Below are positions 58,365 through 64,000 of a stretch of 64,000 nucleotides of DNA, piece by piece. Each line of letters begins with the position of its first letter. Positions within the stretch are counted from its first letter, which is position 1. The stretch is from the human T2T-CHM13v2.0 reference genome, Homo sapiens: the NCBI RefSeq assembly GCF_009914755.1, contig NC_060927.1. One strand, written 5' to 3'. Under the pieces are notes generated by a model, which saw nothing but the letters and a program-made list of their open reading frames with translations, made no database searches and was not told the origin of the DNA. A program made the translations under genes and the position numbers.

Positions 58365-61300
58365 TCAGTTTGTTTGTTTATATGCAGGCTGCTATGCTTG
58401 ATCACTCTCTTGTGCTCACTGAGATGGGCCAGGTGGGACTAGTTAGTGACCGGTCTCAGTTCCTGGAGAGTCCCTGTCCCAGCATGTTAGGAGGTTGCAT
58501 GTGTGGTCATCAGGTTGATCTATTAGCCTTATATAGGGTTGTAATAAGAAAGTATTTCTAGTGTAGTGTAAACAGTGCCTAATTTAATATTTTTAAAATT
58601 TTAATTTAGAATTATTTTAAACTCTGAAACCTAAGAAAAAACATTACAAGTTCTCAGCCTTTGTAATACTGTATCTGGTAAGTCGGAAAACAAGACCTTT
58701 TAGAGTGAGACGCTCTTCGTAGATATATCGAAATCTCGGCACCTGGAATGCAGCCAGGCACAGAGTAGGCATACTATTTTGCTGGGTGTAAAAATAAAAG
58801 AGGGGCTGTGGATGGCTAAAAAAGGAGGATGATGAAGTTAGGAGAATGCATGCCCTGATTGCTCTTTCTCTTTGGAATTGGATGGGGCGGTGCCAAGCCT
58901 GCCTCACTCCAGATGGCTCACTTGTCCCCCTTGCTCAATAGTAAGGTCCTTGAGAGAGGGGACCATGTGTTTGTTTATATTTTGTCAGTGTCCTGTCACC
59001 TGGCAAACGTAACAAGCTCATAATATTTATTTAAATTAATGTTAACAGAGATGAACCAAGGAAATGAAGATTACATTAATTGTGGTCACCCTCTGTGGCT
59101 CTTCCCAATCTCTTTGCTGATGTCGTAATTCCTTTTCCTTGCCTTGTATCTGTTATATTTAATGAGTCCTAGACTCTTAGAGGACCCAGTGAAAGCTGTG
59201 ATTCCTGTTTTCAGAGAGATACAAACATGCATTTTGGGTTAGTTTCAGAGGTGTTTATTGAACACTATGAAGCCCTTTTTTGGATCTGATCTTGCAAGCT
59301 TATGAGGTTGAGAAACAAGTGGACCCGCAACTATTTGGATGAACACAAACAGTTTTGAAATAAGCTTTGGAACATAAAATACACATGTAAAATAGTGTTC
59401 TTATTTTTGTGCCTTTGAATACGTGACTCATTCATTGCTGTTTTATATACTAGATCTCCCATTTTCCCTATTGTGTTTTAAATTTCATGGATATGACTTG
59501 AGTAGGAGATTGTAATGGAAAATTGGAGGTAAGGTTATAAATGGGTCTGTTTCCAAAGGAAACATCAAGTCATTGGGTACAGTATTCTTTTTATTTCCTA
59601 AAGTCAGACAGACTTGTAGATGTTTGGTATATTTTATATGGTTTTCTTAAAAACCCATTTTGTATAACAGAGTTCGTATGCGTCAACTCTCCACTGACAT
59701 TTGGAGGCCCTTGTTAGGGTTTAAGAGAAACAACATGGATTGGGAGCTCCAGTAGGTGGAAGGAAGCCCCTGAGATGGTGTGACTGATTCATCACCACGT
59801 TCCAGGTTGTGATTCTCAGCTTTGTATTCAGTAGTGATTAGTTTCTAGAGGACTGAAACTGGCTTAACAAAGTGTTTTGTATATATACTAATGAATACAC
59901 TAGAACACCAATCAGTTGATTTACAATGAGACGTATTAAATGTTAGTCAACGCCAAGCTTGTATTGTATCAGAGTAGCTGGGTTTTTTTTTTCCCCAAAT
60001 TTACCTATTTTCAGAGTTTTAATAAGATATTCTACCAAAAAAGCCTGTTTATTAGTGCATAATGTAAGTTGATTAGGTTTAATCATTTTTAGGAACATTT
60101 GTGATCCATTGAAACTCCTGAGGTCACACTTTTAAGATTCTTATATGAATTTTTGCTTTAGATCTAGAAAGGGCTCTTCATGACTTTGAATTTTAGCTCA
60201 TGTATTCCTGTTACTCCCAAAACTTTACAAACATGATTTTTTCAAGGTTTTTTTTTTTTTTTTTAAGTTATTATAGCAGAACCTTCATTTGGCTGAAACC
60301 CATTATGTTCCATCTGGAGGCAGAAGATTCTCTTGGTTTTAGATTAGTTCTAGTTTTGTACTCAGTTATCAGTTTGTGAGGTGAGGTACCTTGCCCTGTA
60401 TCCCATTCAAGGCTGTATTACCAGTGTCAGTAAACAACTTCATAAGAATTTCTTGGGTTTACCATCTAGCTTCAGTATCAAAATGAATTTATTAATTAGT
60501 AGAGGCAAGAATAGAGAGAGAACTTGAGTGTCCCCTGACTTTGTAACCTTTGACTCTTCCAGCTGTTGTCAGGAGAACAAAGGGGACAGCTTTTCTTATG
60601 GTAAGGAGTCTTTCCAAAATTGTTTTTATGTTACTTTATGTAAGATAAACAATCTTCAGAATCCTTAGCTATCCATGAATCTTACCAATTAGAGGACTGC
60701 CTATTGATCATTTACCAGTTTTTGAGTTGTCCTAAACCCAGGAGAGCACCAGGAGGCAAGCAAATAAAGACTCCTGGTAGATGAAATGGACTGTCCTAAG
60801 TGCATGTACAAAGCTCATGTATTTTGCTCGTAGCTGTCATTCAGGGTCTCACTCAGACCCTTATTTAGTTAATTTTACGTATAATTCTAGCAAGTTCAGT
60901 AAATTCGTATTTCCAGCTGTCAGCTGATAGGTAACAGGGACCTCCTAAAGTCAAGTGCCCTGACTGATAGCAGCAAGATGAGAAAGAATCATGAAATCAT
61001 CATCAAAAACTTAAAAAACACGGTGTGCGCCTCTCCTTGCCACCTGAAGTCCGAGTGTTTAACAGTGCTTATGGGCACCTCTGGAGGTAAGGCGAGGCGC
61101 CTACTTACCATGGAAGCAGCTCTAAAAGGGGAATCTTTGATGGAAGATAAGATGGAGGCATCTTTTAAAGCCAGGTGGTTGTTACTTTCTGTGTGACTTA
61201 ATGAGCAGGTGAATTTTGGCAAGTCCCAGGACACAAAGTGCGGTGGTGCTGTCTCACCTAGGTCCCTTCATTGCCAACTTTTTAGGTTTCATTATGATTA

Positions 61301-61539
61301 TATCTCAGCACCTAGCACAGCGCCTGGCAAATAGTGCTGCCGCACATTTGTTGAATATACATATCAGTGTCTGCTTTGTGGCTTTTTGGCATAGAGACTG
61401 ATGCCCCCAGGGGCACTGCTGTATCTTAGCATGGTTCTTCAGCTGGTCATTCTGAGTGATGCAGAAAAAAGAACAGGGTCTAATCATTTTAAATTCCTCT
61501 ATTATTAGACAACATAAGAGGAAGAATTAATTAATTGAC

Positions 61540-63410
61540 TGGAAAAATTCAACATTTGGAGAAGAAATGATTGATTTCTATGTATGTCTATTTCAAAATA
61601 AATTCCAGGTGAATTAAGGATTTGTATGTGAATAATTAAGAACAAAGTGAATATTCATATGATCTTGACCTTTCTAAGAAAGAGTCATAAGAAAAAGGGT
61701 AGTAGCTTTGATTACAGTTCGTGGATGTAGTACACATATTATTCGAAACAAAATTATAATGCAAACAAGTTGGGGCAATATTTGTAATATAGGAAATGGT
61801 TACTATTCTTAAGGTAGAAAGAGTTCTTACAAATCAATGACAAACTCCCCTATAGACAAATGAAAAGAAAATTTATTAAAGAAGTTATGTAACTAGCCAG
61901 TAAAAGAAGAAAAAGTTTAACCTTGCAAATAATTAGAGTATTCAGGACTTAGTAGAAAAGCTACAATGATAAAGACTGTATTGGTAGGCCGGGTGCAGTG
62001 GCTCACGCCTGTAATCCGAGCACTTTGGGAGGCCGAGGTGGGCAGATCATGAGGTCAGGAGATCGAGACCATCCTGGCTAACATGGTGAAACCCCGTCTC
62101 TACTAAAAATACAAAAAATTAGCTGGGAGTGGTGGTGGGTGCCTGTAGTCCCAGCTACTCAGGAGGCTGAGGCAGGAGAATGGCGTGAACCCGGGAGGCG
62201 GAGCTTACAGTGAGCCGAGACCGTGCCACTGCACTACAGCCTGCGCGACAGAGTAAGACTCCGTCTCAAAAAAAAAAAAAAAAAAAAAAAGACTGTATTG
62301 GCAAAGGGTAGACTGATAGATCAGTGAAATAGAATAGAAAGTCCGTAAATAAACCTACACATATGTGGCCAGTTGATTTTCAACAAAGGTGCTAAAGCAA
62401 TTCAATGGAGAAATGGCCGTTTTTTTCAGCAATGCTGTGGCAACAGTTGGATATCCATATGCAATAAAATGAACCTTGATCAGTACCTCACGCCATGTGT
62501 AAAAGCTCGATCTGTGTCATAGACATACATGTAAAATGAAAAACTATAAAACTTCTAGAATAAAACATAGGGGATCTTTGCAACCTTAGATTAGGCAAAG
62601 ATATTTTGTACAGTACCAAGAGCATGATCCAAAAAAGAAAAATATTGAATAATTCACCAGAAAAGACATAATATGGCATATAAGCACATGCAGATGTTCC
62701 ACACCATTAGTCATTAGGGAAATGCAAGTTAAAACCACACCTATTAGAATAGCTAAAATTTTTAAAACTGACAATACCAAGTGCTGGCAAGGGTGTGAAT
62801 GGAGCAATTGAAATGCTCATACATTTCTGGTGGGAATGTAAAATCGTATAACCAGTTAGAAAAATCATTTGGCAGTTTCTTAGAAAGATAAACATACACT
62901 TACCCAGCAATGGCCCAGCAAACTCACTCCTAGGTATTTACCCAAGAGAAATGAGAATTTATGTTTATACAAAAGCCTGTACACACTTTTTTTGTGACTT
63001 TATTCATAACTGTCCCAAACTGAAATAAATGGTGGAACATCTACACAATGGAATACTACTCAGCCATGAAAAATGGTGACCTATTGATGTGTACAACAAC
63101 ATGAGTGAATCTCAATGCATTATTGAGAAAAACCAGACTGCAAAACAGTCTGCATTATTGAGAAAAACAGAGACTACGTACTCTGTGACTCCATTTCTAG
63201 GCAAAACTTGCAAGGACACACAATAGCTGTGGTTGTCAGGGGCTGGGCTTGGGGAAGGGATGACTACACAGAGGCACAAAGGAAATTTTGGGGTAACACA
63301 GCTGCTCTGTATCTTGATTGTGGTAGTTATGTGACTGCATTTGTCAGAACTTGGAGAAATGCACCCTAAAAATGGTGAATTTTGTTGTATATAAATTATA
63401 CCTTAAAGAA
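61540..63410 (+). mobile_element. L1M remnants (ORF2 end/3'UTR) hosting the AluY
   Basis: gatttttcaacaaaggtgctaaagcaattcaatgg-like, cattagtcattagggaaatgcaa and ctcctaggtatttacccaagagaaatg motifs. Confidence 0.8.
61987..62290 (+). mobile_element. AluY
   Basis: gagatcgagaccatcctggctaac and gaatggcgtgaacccgggaggcggagctt diagnostics; long pure A tail; TSD aaagactgtattgg. Confidence 0.95.
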
Positions 63411-63551
63411 ATTAGGGAAAAAATAATCAGGCCAGTGTACATTGAAACAGATCTTTATAATTTTACCTAATAGGCTAATAGTAAGGATTATCTATGGTGT
63501 TGGTGAGGATGGGGCCCTCCCACAGGCTGCTAATAAATCTTACTGGCGTTA

Positions 63552-63885
<334 letters not shown>

Positions 63886-64000
63886 TCATAATCTGAAAGA
63901 AGTAAGTGTTAATTTGAAAAACAGGAGATGTGTGGTTATATTTGAGAGAACTTTTCTAAACTTTTAATACGAAGGAAAATCTGAAAGTTATAATCCTACA

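Overview
Primate (human-like) genomic DNA, repeat-rich, containing the 5' part of the SNRK gene (SNF-related/AMPK-family Ser/Thr kinase) on the + strand. The gene has a CpG-island promoter with CRE, GC-box and NRF1-like motifs (~25.5-26.4 kb), a non-coding exon 1 (donor at 25982), a 62-nt 5'UTR exon 2 (39071-39132) and a 695-nt exon 3 (42414-43108) carrying the start codon and kinase subdomains I-VIII. The gene continues beyond the window. The first 25 kb is intergenic. Flanks and introns are mostly Alu, L1, L2, MIR, MaLR LTRs, two Tigger1 copies, other DNA-transposon fossils and a 7SL retropseudogene. Most notable observations: (i) a chain of uORFs linked by overlapping ATGA stop-start junctions in the SNRK leader, rewired by inclusion or skipping of exon 2; (ii) back-splice-dependent ORFs for exon 2-3 and exon 3-only circles; (iii) an 85-bp perfect palindrome at 13.2 kb; (iv) a locally templated, partly inverted insertion in intron 3; (v) two tiny poly(A)-tailed retrocopies inside a Tigger1. 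Repeat-family names come from recalled consensus sequences and many boundaries are approximate.
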